A DNA stretch of 64,000 nt from an uncultured Clostridia bacterium (GTDB lineage Bacteria > Bacillota > Clostridia > TANB77 > CAG-508), in contig CAUWGC010000007.1 in assembly GCA_963558405.1 (NCBI GenBank), positions 23,166-87,165 of the forward strand, written 5' to 3'. Position 1 is the stretch's first letter, and every line of letters begins with the position of its first letter. The notes beneath the pieces are model-generated. The model ran no database searches and was not told the DNA's origin. It saw only the letters and a list, made by a program, of their open reading frames with translations. Below are positions 1 through 12,171 of the stretch, piece by piece. The position numbers were made by a program, and so were the translations under genes.

Positions 1-499
1 CTTTTTCTATTATATTTTGAATGCTAATAGGAATATCTTCTATTTTTTCTAATTCATCTAGTATTTGTTGCAATTTGCTTTTCTCTTTTTCAATTTTTCT
101 TTGGAACATGTTGTAAAGTTCCTTCCCAAGATTTACAGAAGAAGAATCATATTTTTTATTATCTTTTCTAGATGTTAATGGAATAACATTTAAAGCACCA
201 TTTCTAGTATTATCATATTTATTTAATACAATACAATAATGTAATCCACCCAATTCATTTCCAATATTAAAACCCAAGTTTACTTTTATCACATCACCAC
301 GAGAGTACATGCCTGATTTTGCAATATTGAATGTTTTTTCTTCATCGTGATATTCTGCAAAGTCATGTATCCAATATGCTAATAAATCACTTTTTTTATA
401 TTCATTTAATTCTATATGTTTAAGAAATGACAAATCTAATCTAGTTAAAGAATTATCTTTGTGAATGATTGCATTATTCTTCAATTTGATTTGGTTCAT
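1..499 (-). CDS. PemK/MazF-like endoribonuclease family protein (runs off the window at its 3' end)
   Basis: Translated by hand from ATG at 499 with AAGGAG RBS; contains RGDVIKVNLGFNIGNELGGLHYCIVLN...LNVIPLTS, a PemK-like motif; frame stays open to position 1. Confidence 0.75.
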   Translation of the reverse strand, partial: MNQIKLKNNAIIHKDNSLTRLDLSFLKHIELNEYKKSDLLAYWIHDFAEYHDEEKTFNIAKSGMYSRGDVIKVNLGFNIGNELGGLHYCIVLNKYDNTRNGALNVIPLTSRKDNKKYDSSSVNLGKELYNMFQRKIEKEKSKLQQILDELEKIEDIPISIQNIIEK

Positions 500-526
500 A
501 ATATTAGCTCCTTATATTTTTACAAC

Positions 527-555
527 ATTATAACAAACATTTGTTTATTTTACAA
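527..555 (-). promoter_or_regulatory. sigmaA-type promoter of the PemK-like gene
   Basis: TTGTAA-17 nt-TATAAT with TGn extension on the minus strand. Confidence 0.55.
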
Positions 556-733
556 TATCTATTGAAAAATAATTTTATTATTGCCATTTATAAAAACTAA
601 TAATTTAAAATATTTACTTGTACAAAAATAAATTTTATGTTATATTTAAATCAACAAATCAAAACACATAAAAATTGTAATATTTGCAGATATATTTGTT
701 AACTATTTTATAATATTTTAGGAGGAATATTTT

Positions 734-1369
734 ATGTCAGATTTAGCCCCAAAAATAGAAAAATTTAATGAGAAAAAAGATAATAAACCTTTTCAACATA
801 TAATTTTGGCATCTCAATCTGCTGTTCGTAAACAACAGCTTATAGATGAAAATATACCTTTTGAAGTAATAGTTAGTAATGCTGATGAGACACCTGATAA
901 ATCTAAGACTTTTAAAAACCAGTTAGCTGAAATTTCAATGCGTAAAGCTAAAGTGGTTTTTGAAAAAACAATAGATAGAGGTTTACGACTTATTATTGCT
1001 GCAGACCAAAATATAGTATTTAATAATGTTATGTATGGAAAACCAAAAACAATTGACGACGCACGTCGCCTTATTACTAGTATGATGGGTAAAGAAGATG
1101 TTTATGCTTACACAGGAAATAGTATATTATTAGCAGAAGGTAAAAACATCCTTCAAAGCATAAATATTACTGATGTTGCAAGAATGAGCGTTGATAAAAT
1201 TACTGAAAATGAACTTGAATCTTATTTAGAAAATGAGAAATGTTTGAATTATTGTGGAGGAATTTCAATTTCAAATTCAGACTTTATACATCTTAAAGAA
1301 GGTAGAATGTCAACAGCAATGGGTATGACGTTAGAATATGCAAAAGAAATGATGTCTAATCTTAATTAA
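734..1369 (+). CDS. Maf-family nucleoside triphosphate pyrophosphatase (divergent)
   Basis: IILASQSAVRKQQL, ADETP, AADQ and GKPK motifs; AGGAGG RBS. Confidence 0.85.
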   Translation: MSDLAPKIEKFNEKKDNKPFQHIILASQSAVRKQQLIDENIPFEVIVSNADETPDKSKTFKNQLAEISMRKAKVVFEKTIDRGLRLIIAADQNIVFNNVMYGKPKTIDDARRLITSMMGKEDVYAYTGNSILLAEGKNILQSINITDVARMSVDKITENELESYLENEKCLNYCGGISISNSDFIHLKEGRMSTAMGMTLEYAKEMMSNLN

Positions 1370-1655
1370 AAGAATCAACAAGGCATATTTCTATAATGTC
1401 CATTGTATTATTGTAAGTAGAGATTTGGGAATTTTCAAAGATAAGTACATATTGTAATTAAGTGGTACAGAAGAGAACATTCAAATGTTTATACAATGTC
1501 TTAAAGTTGAAGGATTTAAGATAATAGAATAGTGTAAAAATAAAATTGATGCATCTGTCGTTAAGGATTGCACCAATTTTATTTACTTATAAGAATATCT
1601 AAAAAATTATTAAAAAATTATCAATTTTTCTTAGAAATATGGTATAATAACTAAT

Positions 1656-1913
1656 ATGGGAAAGGTTGTGAGAAAGGTGCAAAGAGAGATAACCATTAGA
1701 GAATTTGAAAATGTTGTTAGCAATACTGATGATATAGAACCTATGATTATAAAAAGAGAAAATAAAAAAGATTTATTAGTAATTAGTTTAGAGCAATATC
1801 AAAAAGATATGTTTTTTAGCAAACTTGAAAAGAGTAAAAGAGAATATAAAGAAGGAAAAGTTCATAGTGCAAGAACTGTTTTCAAGGGATTGAGAGAAAA
1901 GTATGGATATTAA
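1656..1913 (+). CDS. Phd/YefM-family antitoxin (start may be GTG at 1677)
   Basis: EPMIIKR...DLLVISLEQYQ pattern; overlaps the downstream toxin gene. Confidence 0.75.
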   Translation: MGKVVRKVQREITIREFENVVSNTDDIEPMIIKRENKKDLLVISLEQYQKDMFFSKLEKSKREYKEGKVHSARTVFKGLREKYGY

Positions 1914-2226
1914 TAATTACGAAATAATATTAACTGATACAGCTAAAGAAGAACTTGAAGAAATATACGAATATATATCTAAACATTTAATTGAAGATAA
2001 AGCAGCTAATAGATTAATGAAAAAAATTGAACAAAATTTTTTAAGATTAGAACAATATCCATACTCTTGCATTGAAGTAAATATAAAACCTCATAATGAA
2101 GTATATCGTAAATTAGTTATAGATAATTACATTGCATTATATGAAGTTGATGAAACATATAAGCAAGTAGTTGTATATAGAATTTTATATGGAGGAATGG
2201 ATTATTTAAAGATAATGGAAGACTAA
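1903..2226 (+). CDS. RelE/ParE-family toxin
   Basis: YEIILTDTAKEELEEIYEYI...YRKLVIDNYIALY...RILYG. Confidence 0.85.
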   Translation: MDINNYEIILTDTAKEELEEIYEYISKHLIEDKAANRLMKKIEQNFLRLEQYPYSCIEVNIKPHNEVYRKLVIDNYIALYEVDETYKQVVVYRILYGGMDYLKIMED

Positions 2227-2402
2227 AAATCTTTCCATTTTTTTATTAAAATAGGTATATAAAAAATTCAAAAACTTAGACAAAGTTATAATACAATACT
2301 TACTTGAAAAAAATCAACAAAAAATGGTATAATATAAATGCTAAAATAGTAAAACGAAATTAATAATTATTAGATTATAAAAGAAAGATAGAGGAAACTG
2401 AT

Positions 2403-3308
2403 ATGGGATTTTTTGATAAATTAAAACAGGGATTAAGTAAAACTAAAGATTCATTTAATGAAAAATTAAATGATATATTTAGCGGATTTAGAAAAGTAGA
2501 TGAAGAATTATTAGAGGAATTAGAAGAAGCATTAATAATGTCTGACGTAGGTGTAGAAACATCTTGCAAAATAATTTCAAATTTAAGAAATAGAATAAAA
2601 AAAGAAAAATTAGAAGATGAAGAACAAGTAAAAAATGCCTTAAGAGAAGAGATGGAACATATATTAGATGATGTAGATAATACTTTAAAATTAAATACAA
2701 ATCCATCTGTTATTTTAGTTGTAGGTGTAAATGGAGTTGGAAAAACAACTTCAATAGGTAAAATTGCAAATAGATTAAAACAAGATGGCAAAAAAGTAGT
2801 TATAGCAGCAGCTGATACATTTAGAGCAGCAGCTGTTGAACAGTTAGAAATATGGGCTAATAGAGTTGGCTGCGATATGGTAAAAAAACAAGAAGGAGCA
2901 GACCCTGCTTCTGTTGTATTTGATGCAATAAAAATAACTAAAGAAAAAAATGCAGATGTATTAATATGTGATACAGCAGGAAGATTACATAATAAAAAAT
3001 ATTTAATGGATGAATTAATAAAAATAAAAAAAGTAATAGATAAAGAATTACCAGACGCTAATAAAGAAATATTAGTAGTATTAGATGCTACAACAGGACA
3101 AAATGCTATTCAACAAGTAAAGGCATTTAAAGAAACAGTAGATATAACAGGTATAGTTCTTACAAAATTAGATGGAACAGCTAAAGGAGGAGTAGTATTA
3201 GGAATTGTAGAAGAAAACCATATTCCAATTAAATTTGTTGGTGTTGGTGAACAAATAGAAGACATGGAAGTATTTAATAGTAAAGATTTTGTAAAAGCAA
3301 TTATATAA
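2403..3308 (+). CDS. ftsY: SRP receptor FtsY
   Basis: GVNGVGKTT, DTFRAAA, DTAGR, TKLDGTAKGG. Confidence 0.97.
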   Translation: MGFFDKLKQGLSKTKDSFNEKLNDIFSGFRKVDEELLEELEEALIMSDVGVETSCKIISNLRNRIKKEKLEDEEQVKNALREEMEHILDDVDNTLKLNTNPSVILVVGVNGVGKTTSIGKIANRLKQDGKKVVIAAADTFRAAAVEQLEIWANRVGCDMVKKQEGADPASVVFDAIKITKEKNADVLICDTAGRLHNKKYLMDELIKIKKVIDKELPDANKEILVVLDATTGQNAIQQVKAFKETVDITGIVLTKLDGTAKGGVVLGIVEENHIPIKFVGVGEQIEDMEVFNSKDFVKAII

Positions 3309-3325
3309 ATATTTAGGAGGAAAAA

Positions 3326-6151
3326 ATGGAGCAAGAAAAAACAAATAAAAATATTACAAAAGATAAAGAAGAACATGTACAAAAGAATAGCAAAATTAGA
3401 ATAATTATAGTAATTGCATTTTTAATGTTTTTTGCACTTGCAACTTTTATTTCTTTAAGAGGAAATTATTTAGAAACTTTAGAAATAGGCGAAAACTATT
3501 TAACAGTATTTTGGAAAAATGTAAGATATAAGTATATAACAATGGGAACAGTTTTTTTAGTTCTATTTATTGTTTTATATATAACAAATAGAAACATAAA
3601 AAAAGGATTAAAAATCTTTTTTGAAGAAGAAAAAAAGGTAATGCCAAAACTTCCTAATAAATCAATTTCTTTAATATTAGGAGCTGTTATTAGTGTTTTA
3701 GTATCTGGACCACTTTCAAAGCAATTTATGTTAATGTTTAACAATGCATGGTTTGGAAAAAATGATCCTATCTTTGGAATGGATATAGGTTATTACATTT
3801 TTCAAAAGCCATTTATAGAAATTATCCTTTTAGGAGCATTAGCATTAATAGTTGGTCTTACTATATATACAGTAATATATTATATTGTTGCTTTTAATGT
3901 CTTTTTTGATGGGGTTGATAGACAAACTTTAAGAAAAAGTAAATTTATCAAACAAATCACAAAAAACATAAAAATTGTAGTTATCATTTTAGCATTGATG
4001 ACATTAATAAAAACACAAGACGTATTAGTAAATAAATTTTTAAAATTAGAAGATGGATACGAGCTATATGGGGCAGGTATTACAGATGTTACTATTAAAT
4101 TATGGGGATATAGAATTTTAAGTTTAATAATGGTAGTATCAGTTTTTATGGCAATACACTTTTTTAATAAAGATCAAACCAAAAAAGTTGTTATCTCTAT
4201 TTTAGTTGTTCCTGCATATTTAATAGGAATGGCAGTAATAATGTTAATATTCCAAGTTGGATATGTAAATATAAATGAATTAGATAGACAAAAAAATTAT
4301 ATAGCAAAAAATATAGAATTTACACAAAATGCTTATAATATTGATGTGGAAGAGATAAATGTACAATATTCTGGTACAGTAAACTCAAACGAAATAGAAT
4401 CATATAAAGATATAATCAATAACATTGCTGTTGTAGATAAAAGTTCAGTATTAAAAGAATTAAAAACTTCACAAACAAGCAAAGGATACTATACTTTTCG
4501 TGATGCAAGTATAGCTAAATATCCTATTAATGGAGAAGAATCATTAGTATATATATCACCAAGAGAAATTATTAGTACTGAGGGAAATAGAACATATAAT
4601 AATAAAACATATGAATACACACATGGATTTGGAGCAATTGTAACTTCTGCAACATCTGTTTCAGAAGCTGGAACTTCTAAATACATTCAAACTGGATTTT
4701 TAGAAGAAAATCAAGAAATACAAATTAAAGAACCTAGAATTTATTTTGGACTAGAAACCAACAATACAGTAGTAACAAATAGTAAAAACAAAGCAGAATT
4801 TGATTATCCTATGTTAAATTCAAATACAGCAGAAAACACGTATAATGGACAAGCAGGATTATCATTAAATTTTATAGATAGATTAATTTTAGCAATAAAA
4901 GAAGGAGACTTAAACCTTGCACTTTCTGGAAATATAACTAATGAAAGTAAAATATTAACAAATCGTAATATTATAGATAGAGCTAAAAAAGTAATGCCAT
5001 ATTTAATTTATGATCAAAATCCATACTTGGTTGTAAATGATAATGGAGAACTAATATGGGTATTAGATGCTTATACAGTTACAAACAATTACCCATATTC
5101 TCAAAAAAGTACAATAGAGGTAGAAGGAGTAAAACAAGAAATAAATTATATAAGAAATTCTGTTAAGGTTTTAATTGATGCATATGATGGTACAATTAAG
5201 TTTTATATAACAGATAGAACTGACCCTATTATAATGGCATATAATAATATTTTTAAGGGATTATTTACAGAAGAAGAAATTCCTAAAGATATTAGTAAGC
5301 ATTTTGTATATCCAAAGTTTTTATTTGAAGTACAAACAGAAATTTTAAATAGATATCATAAAGTACAACCTGATGTATTATACAGAGGAGACGATACATG
5401 GAGTATCGGAACTCATAAAGCTAATAGAACTAGCACAATTACAAAAGAAGAAATAGAACCATATTATACTATGGTAAAAAATGAAAATGGTAAAAATGAA
5501 ATTGGTTTAATGAATGTATATACACCTTATGGAAAGCAAAATTTAATTTCATATGTTGTTGGTACACATGAAGAAAAAAATACAGGTACTTTAAAACTAT
5601 ATAAGTTTATATCAGATAATAGTATCCTTGGTCCAATGCAATTAGACACACAAATAGAACAAGACGAAACAATAGCTAAGGAACTAGATGCAATAAATGC
5701 AAATGGAACAAAAATAACAAAGAAAATACTAGTAATACCTGTTGCTAATACTGTGTTATATGTAGAACCAATTTATCAAGTATATTTAAATGAAAAAGAA
5801 CAAATTAATGTACCAGCATTAAAAAAGGTTATTGTTGCATCTGGAAATAAAGTAGCAATAGGAGACACATTAAAAGAATCTTTAAATAATTTACTTTCTC
5901 AATATGCAGTAGATATAGAAGTTGAAGATACTGAAGACATAGAAGGATTAATAAATGCAATTATAAAAGCAAATACAAATCTACAAAATTCTAGTGCAAA
6001 TAATGATTGGGAAATGGTAGGAAAAGATTTAAATAAATTACAAGGATTAATTAATAAATTAGAAGAATTAGTAGAAGAAGATAAAAAGAATAACGAAATA
6101 ACAGATATACAAAATACGGTTACTTCTGATAATAATGTGATAGATTTTTAA
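3326..6151 (+). CDS. UPF0182-family membrane protein
   Basis: DPIFGMDIGYY, YTHGFG, EPRIYFG, INYIRNSVKVLIDAYDG. Confidence 0.9.
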   Translation: MEQEKTNKNITKDKEEHVQKNSKIRIIIVIAFLMFFALATFISLRGNYLETLEIGENYLTVFWKNVRYKYITMGTVFLVLFIVLYITNRNIKKGLKIFFEEEKKVMPKLPNKSISLILGAVISVLVSGPLSKQFMLMFNNAWFGKNDPIFGMDIGYYIFQKPFIEIILLGALALIVGLTIYTVIYYIVAFNVFFDGVDRQTLRKSKFIKQITKNIKIVVIILALMTLIKTQDVLVNKFLKLEDGYELYGAGITDVTIKLWGYRILSLIMVVSVFMAIHFFNKDQTKKVVISILVVPAYLIGMAVIMLIFQVGYVNINELDRQKNYIAKNIEFTQNAYNIDVEEINVQYSGTVNSNEIESYKDIINNIAVVDKSSVLKELKTSQTSKGYYTFRDASIAKYPINGEESLVYISPREIISTEGNRTYNNKTYEYTHGFGAIVTSATSVSEAGTSKYIQTGFLEENQEIQIKEPRIYFGLETNNTVVTNSKNKAEFDYPMLNSNTAENTYNGQAGLSLNFIDRLILAIKEGDLNLALSGNITNESKILTNRNIIDRAKKVMPYLIYDQNPYLVVNDNGELIWVLDAYTVTNNYPYSQKSTIEVEGVKQEINYIRNSVKVLIDAYDGTIKFYITDRTDPIIMAYNNIFKGLFTEEEIPKDISKHFVYPKFLFEVQTEILNRYHKVQPDVLYRGDDTWSIGTHKANRTSTITKEEIEPYYTMVKNENGKNEIGLMNVYTPYGKQNLISYVVGTHEEKNTGTLKLYKFISDNSILGPMQLDTQIEQDETIAKELDAINANGTKITKKILVIPVANTVLYVEPIYQVYLNEKEQINVPALKKVIVASGNKVAIGDTLKESLNNLLSQYAVDIEVEDTEDIEGLINAIIKANTNLQNSSANNDWEMVGKDLNKLQGLINKLEELVEEDKKNNEITDIQNTVTSDNNVIDF

Positions 6152-6212
6152 TCTAAATTTGGTATAAAAAAACAAAAATAAACCACCCTAAATTAAAAGA
6201 GGTGGTTTATTT

Positions 6213-6509
6213 TTGTTAATCAAGATAAAAAAAGAGAAATATGAAATTTTAAATAAAAATATAGATAAATTAAATTATTTATTAGAGAAGAAAAGAGTTT
6301 TAGAGTTAATAGAATTACTTGGAAATCGTAGAGAACTTTTTTTAAGAAATCTATTTTCTGGAATGTTTAAAGGAATTGGTATTGGAATTGGATTTACAAT
6401 TTTAACAGCAATTTTACTTATTATATTACAAAAAATAGTTGCTTTAAATATTCCTGTAATAGGAAAGTGGGTTTCGGATATTATTGATATTGTAAATCAG
6501 AGTAAATGA
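6213..6509 (+). CDS. DUF5665-like small membrane protein
   Basis: NLFSGMFKGIGIGIGFT...NIPVIG pattern; TTG start with GAGGTG RBS. Confidence 0.7.
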   Translation: MLIKIKKEKYEILNKNIDKLNYLLEKKRVLELIELLGNRRELFLRNLFSGMFKGIGIGIGFTILTAILLIILQKIVALNIPVIGKWVSDIIDIVNQSK

Positions 6510-6627
6510 AGTAAATGGTATGCCCAAAATTAAAGAAAAATTATTTTAACAAAAATATAAAATCCTATTTCTTTTTTTATATATTTTGTATATAATGTAT
6601 CAGAGAAAAAACAAATAGGAGGAACAA

Positions 6628-7221
6628 ATGAATTTACCAAATAAGTTGACAGTGTTTAGAATTATATTAGTGTTTGTAATGGTGGTGTTTTCTTTTTTAT
6701 ACATACCAGGAGAGTTTTTAGGAGTGCCAATTGTTTTTTGGGCTTTGGATTTTATTTTTATATTAGCTTCTATAACAGATAAATTAGATGGTTATCTTGC
6801 TAGAAAAAATAATCAAATTACTACATTTGGAAAGTTTGCTGATCCTTTGGCTGATAAAATATTGGTATTAACAGCAATGCTATTATTAGTACAAGATGGA
6901 AGACTTCCAGCGGTTATTCCAATTATTGTTTTAATTAGAGAATTTGTTGTTTCTGGTTATAGATTAATTGCAGTAGAAAAAGGTGGAATGGTTATAGCTG
7001 CTAATATATGGGGAAAATTAAAAACAGTTACTCAAATGTTAGCTATAATTTTAGCTTTTGTAGATGTTAATAGTTTTGGAGCTATATTTAGTGGTGATAT
7101 AAATGGTTTTGCTTTTGTACTTAACTTATTATCTACATCCCTTATGACAATTTCTACTATTGCTACTATTTTTTCAGGATGGAGTTACGTAAAAGAAGGA
7201 AAAGATTTATTTAAAGAATAA
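6628..7221 (+). CDS. pgsA: CDP-diacylglycerol--glycerol-3-phosphate 3-phosphatidyltransferase
   Basis: MNLPNKLT, DKLDGYLAR...GKFADPLADK CDP-alcohol phosphotransferase motif. Confidence 0.95.
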   Translation: MNLPNKLTVFRIILVFVMVVFSFLYIPGEFLGVPIVFWALDFIFILASITDKLDGYLARKNNQITTFGKFADPLADKILVLTAMLLLVQDGRLPAVIPIIVLIREFVVSGYRLIAVEKGGMVIAANIWGKLKTVTQMLAIILAFVDVNSFGAIFSGDINGFAFVLNLLSTSLMTISTIATIFSGWSYVKEGKDLFKE

Positions 7222-7230
7222 AAAATATAA

Positions 7231-9252
<2,022 letters not shown>

Positions 9253-9261
9253 GGAGTTTAT

Positions 9262-9501
9262 ATGGAAAATTATACATTTGAAAAAATGGAAGAACAGCTA
9301 AATCAAGGATTTCAGATTTATTTTACTTATGTTAAAAATCGTTATTTAATATTTAAAACAGCAGAAAACTGTTATACACAACAGCTTATTTCTGTACATG
9401 ATAAAAACCCACAACCAAGAATGATGGTAATTACTTTTAAAAGAATAAAAGAAATGTTTCCTTTTATGGAAGAGATTGAATATAAAGTAAGAAATGATTA
9501 A
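9262..9501 (+). CDS. hypothetical protein
   Basis: 79-aa ORF with AGGAG RBS, tightly packed in the operon. Confidence 0.7.
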   Translation: MENYTFEKMEEQLNQGFQIYFTYVKNRYLIFKTAENCYTQQLISVHDKNPQPRMMVITFKRIKEMFPFMEEIEYKVRND

Positions 9502-9520
9502 ATAAAAGAAGGATTAGAAA

Positions 9521-10108
9521 ATGAACAAGCAAGAATTAGAAAAAATAAAAAAAGAAGCATTAGAAGAACATATTCCAATTATTATGGATGATACACTAAA
9601 TGTAGTTAAAGAAATTTTAATAAATATTAAGCCAGAAAATATATTAGAAATTGGAGCAGCAGTAGGGTATTCTGCTATTTGTTTTTCGGAGTATCTAAAA
9701 CCAAATGGAAAAATAGATACTATTGAAAGAGAAGTAGATAGAATTAAACAAGCAAAAATTAATTTTAAAAGAGCAGAAGTAGAAGATAAAATACATCTAT
9801 ATGAAGGAGATGCAGTTGAAATTCTTCCTACATTGCAAGAAAAATATGATGTTGTTTTTATAGATGCATCAAAGGGTAAATATCCATTCTTCTTAGAACA
9901 AGCATTAAGAATGTTAAAACAAAATGGAGTTATTATAGCTGATAATGTTCTTTATAAAGGATATGTTATGAGTGATTATAACAAACATAAACAAAGAACA
10001 GCAGTAAGAAATTTAAGAGAATATATTAAAAAAATACAAGAAAATCCAGAGCTAGAAACTAAAATTTTAGAAGTTGGGGATGGACTTGCTATAAGCAAAA
10101 AAATATAA
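9521..10108 (+). CDS. SAM-dependent O-methyltransferase (TrmR/YrrM-like)
   Basis: ILEIGAAVGYS, VFIDASKG, IADNVL, GDGL. Confidence 0.85.
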   Translation: MNKQELEKIKKEALEEHIPIIMDDTLNVVKEILINIKPENILEIGAAVGYSAICFSEYLKPNGKIDTIEREVDRIKQAKINFKRAEVEDKIHLYEGDAVEILPTLQEKYDVVFIDASKGKYPFFLEQALRMLKQNGVIIADNVLYKGYVMSDYNKHKQRTAVRNLREYIKKIQENPELETKILEVGDGLAISKKI

Positions 10109-10117
10109 AGATAAAAT

Positions 10118-10161
10118 AAATCATACAATATATTAAATAAATTATATTGTATGATTTTTTT
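10118..10161. terminator. bidirectional intrinsic terminator
   Basis: 15-bp inverted repeat AAATCATACAATATA/TATATTGTATGATTT between convergent genes. Confidence 0.65.
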
Positions 10162-10167
10162 GTTCTC

Positions 10168-10734
10168 CTATAATAAATAATATCCACAAGAAATAATAGT
10201 ATCTGCAATAAAAATAACAATAAGTATGCGTAGGATTGTAATTTGTATAACATAAGGTATTTTAGAAAGTAATAAATTAATTTTTCTTTTAAAAAATGGA
10301 TGAATATGGTTAATAAATAATATAGCTATAATTCCCCATGCAAAAGAATAAAAAATACTAATTCTACCATTTAAATTCATAAAATCTTGAGTGTAATCCC
10401 ACCAATGCATTGCAAACAAAGCATCTAATCCAAAACTTACAATATATTCAAAAACAGAAAATACAATAGCAGAAAGGAAAAAAAGTGCAATTGAATTTTT
10501 TTTGTATTTTCTAAGAAAAATGCAAATAATAAGAGCACCATATCCATAAATAGGACAAAGTGGGCCAAACAAAAATCCTCTATTAGTAAAATGTCCTAAA
10601 ACAAATAAACTATATAATGTTTCTAAAGACCAACCTAAAAATGCATAAATAAAGAAATAAACACAATAAGTTTGAGCTTTATTTAATCTTATTTTTTTTT
10701 CTTCGGTATCTTTTTTAGAAATAACTTTTTCCAT
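10168..10734 (-). CDS. putative ABC-transporter permease (DUF1113/CmpB-like)
   Basis: FFIYAFLGWSLE, NRGFLFGPLCPIYG, WWDY...NLNGRI; ATG at 10734 has a GGAGG RBS. Confidence 0.85.
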   Translation of the reverse strand: MEKVISKKDTEEKKIRLNKAQTYCVYFFIYAFLGWSLETLYSLFVLGHFTNRGFLFGPLCPIYGYGALIICIFLRKYKKNSIALFFLSAIVFSVFEYIVSFGLDALFAMHWWDYTQDFMNLNGRISIFYSFAWGIIAILFINHIHPFFKRKINLLLSKIPYVIQITILRILIVIFIADTIISCGYYLL

Positions 10735-10856
10735 ATGACATCCTCCAATGTATTTATAATAGCAAAAAAACAAATAAAATACAATATATTTTTTAGGTTA
10801 TATGATTAATCTTAATAAAAATGGAAAAAATATACACAAGAAGGAGGAAAATATCT

Positions 10857-11486
10857 ATGGTATTTTTTTTGATAGTACTTGGAATTTTAATCTTTTTCTT
10901 AGTAGTATTTTTTTTGATATTATTTTCAGATATAAATATTAAAATACAAAATTTAAATGTTGATAGTGAAAGAAAAATTAATAACCAATACTTTTCTTGT
11001 ATTATTGTATGTAAAGTTTTTGGGAAAATTCCACTTTTAAAATATAAAATTCCAATAGAAAAATTTATAAATAAAGTAAAAGATAAAGAATGGGAAAAAA
11101 ATAATTTAAAGAAAATTGAAAAAGTAGGTGGTATAAATTTTTTAAGAGAATTGATTAAAAATTTAAAAGTGAAACTAGTTCAACTAAAGTTTAATGCAAA
11201 TATTGGAATAGAAGATGCAGTAATTACATCTTTAATAGTAGGAACTTTTAGTGCTGTAATTTCTATAATATTTTCAAAAATTGCAATTATAGAAAAGAAA
11301 AATAAATTTTATTACAAAATAAATCCTGTATACAACAAAAATATGTACAAAATAGAGCTTGATTGTATAATTAGAGTAAAAATGGTACATATTATATCTG
11401 TAATATATATGGTATTAAAAAAGAAAGGGGAGAAGAAAAATGAGCGAACATCCAATAGAAGGTCTTATGAATACGGCTATGAATAG
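10857..11486 (+). CDS. DUF2953/YtfI-like sporulation protein
   Basis: N-terminal TM helix, GIEDAVITSLIVG motif, directly upstream of ytfJ; ATG at 10857 follows AGGAGG. Confidence 0.7.
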   Translation: MVFFLIVLGILIFFLVVFFLILFSDINIKIQNLNVDSERKINNQYFSCIIVCKVFGKIPLLKYKIPIEKFINKVKDKEWEKNNLKKIEKVGGINFLRELIKNLKVKLVQLKFNANIGIEDAVITSLIVGTFSAVISIIFSKIAIIEKKNKFYYKINPVYNKNMYKIELDCIIRVKMVHIISVIYMVLKKKGEKKNERTSNRRSYEYGYE

Positions 11487-12087
11487 TATTAAAGACATGG
11501 TTGATGTAAATACAATAATTGGAGAGCCAATTGAAACTTCAAATAATATTATAATTATACCAATTTCTAAAGTGGGATTTGGATTTGCAGCAGGTGGTAG
11601 TGAATTTAAAGGTGAAACAGTAAATGAGTATACTAAAAAAGAAAAAGAAGAAGAAATACAGTATAGATTACCATTTGGTGGAGGTAGTGGAGCAGGAGTT
11701 AGTATTACACCAATCGCATTTTTGGTAGTACAAAGTGGTACAGTAAAACTATTACCAGTAAGTCATAGTTCAGCTATTGATAAGTTACTAGATTATGTAC
11801 CAGATTTAGTAGAAAAAGCCAATAATATGTTAAATAAAACAATACAAAACAAAAAGGAAGAGGCACAAAGAAGAGACAAAATAGTAGAAAAGCTAGATAA
11901 ACAAACTTTAAATCATATAGTAAAAGAAACAGCTTCTAAACCTGAACAAATTGTAAATAATATAATTAAAACAAAGCCAAGGAAAAACAAAATAACAAAG
12001 CCACAAGTTCAAAGTTATGAATTTGAATATGATGAGACAATTCCAGTAGAAAACTATGTAGATAATGAAGATGATATAGAAGAGTAA
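11440..12087 (+). CDS. ytfJ: sporulation protein YtfJ/GerW
   Basis: HPIEGLM...MVDVNTIIGEPI, FGGGSGAGVSITPIAFLV; long acidic C-terminal tail. Confidence 0.9.
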   Translation: MSEHPIEGLMNTAMNSIKDMVDVNTIIGEPIETSNNIIIIPISKVGFGFAAGGSEFKGETVNEYTKKEKEEEIQYRLPFGGGSGAGVSITPIAFLVVQSGTVKLLPVSHSSAIDKLLDYVPDLVEKANNMLNKTIQNKKEEAQRRDKIVEKLDKQTLNHIVKETASKPEQIVNNIIKTKPRKNKITKPQVQSYEFEYDETIPVENYVDNEDDIEE

Positions 12088-12171
12088 AAGTTTAAAGCAA
12101 ATAAAATAATTCTAAAATACCTTTCAAAAGAATATCTATAAAGTAGATATTTAAAATTGGGAGGTATTTTT

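Noticed and set aside
500-733. Type III TA antitoxin repeat array upstream of the PemK-like gene
   Set aside because: No tandem repeats of suitable length, and no terminator between promoter and ORF
1371-1532. Coding-like relic after maf (...DKYIL*LSGTEENIQMFIQCLKVEGFKIIE*)
   Set aside because: No start or RBS, internal stop and no recognisable family
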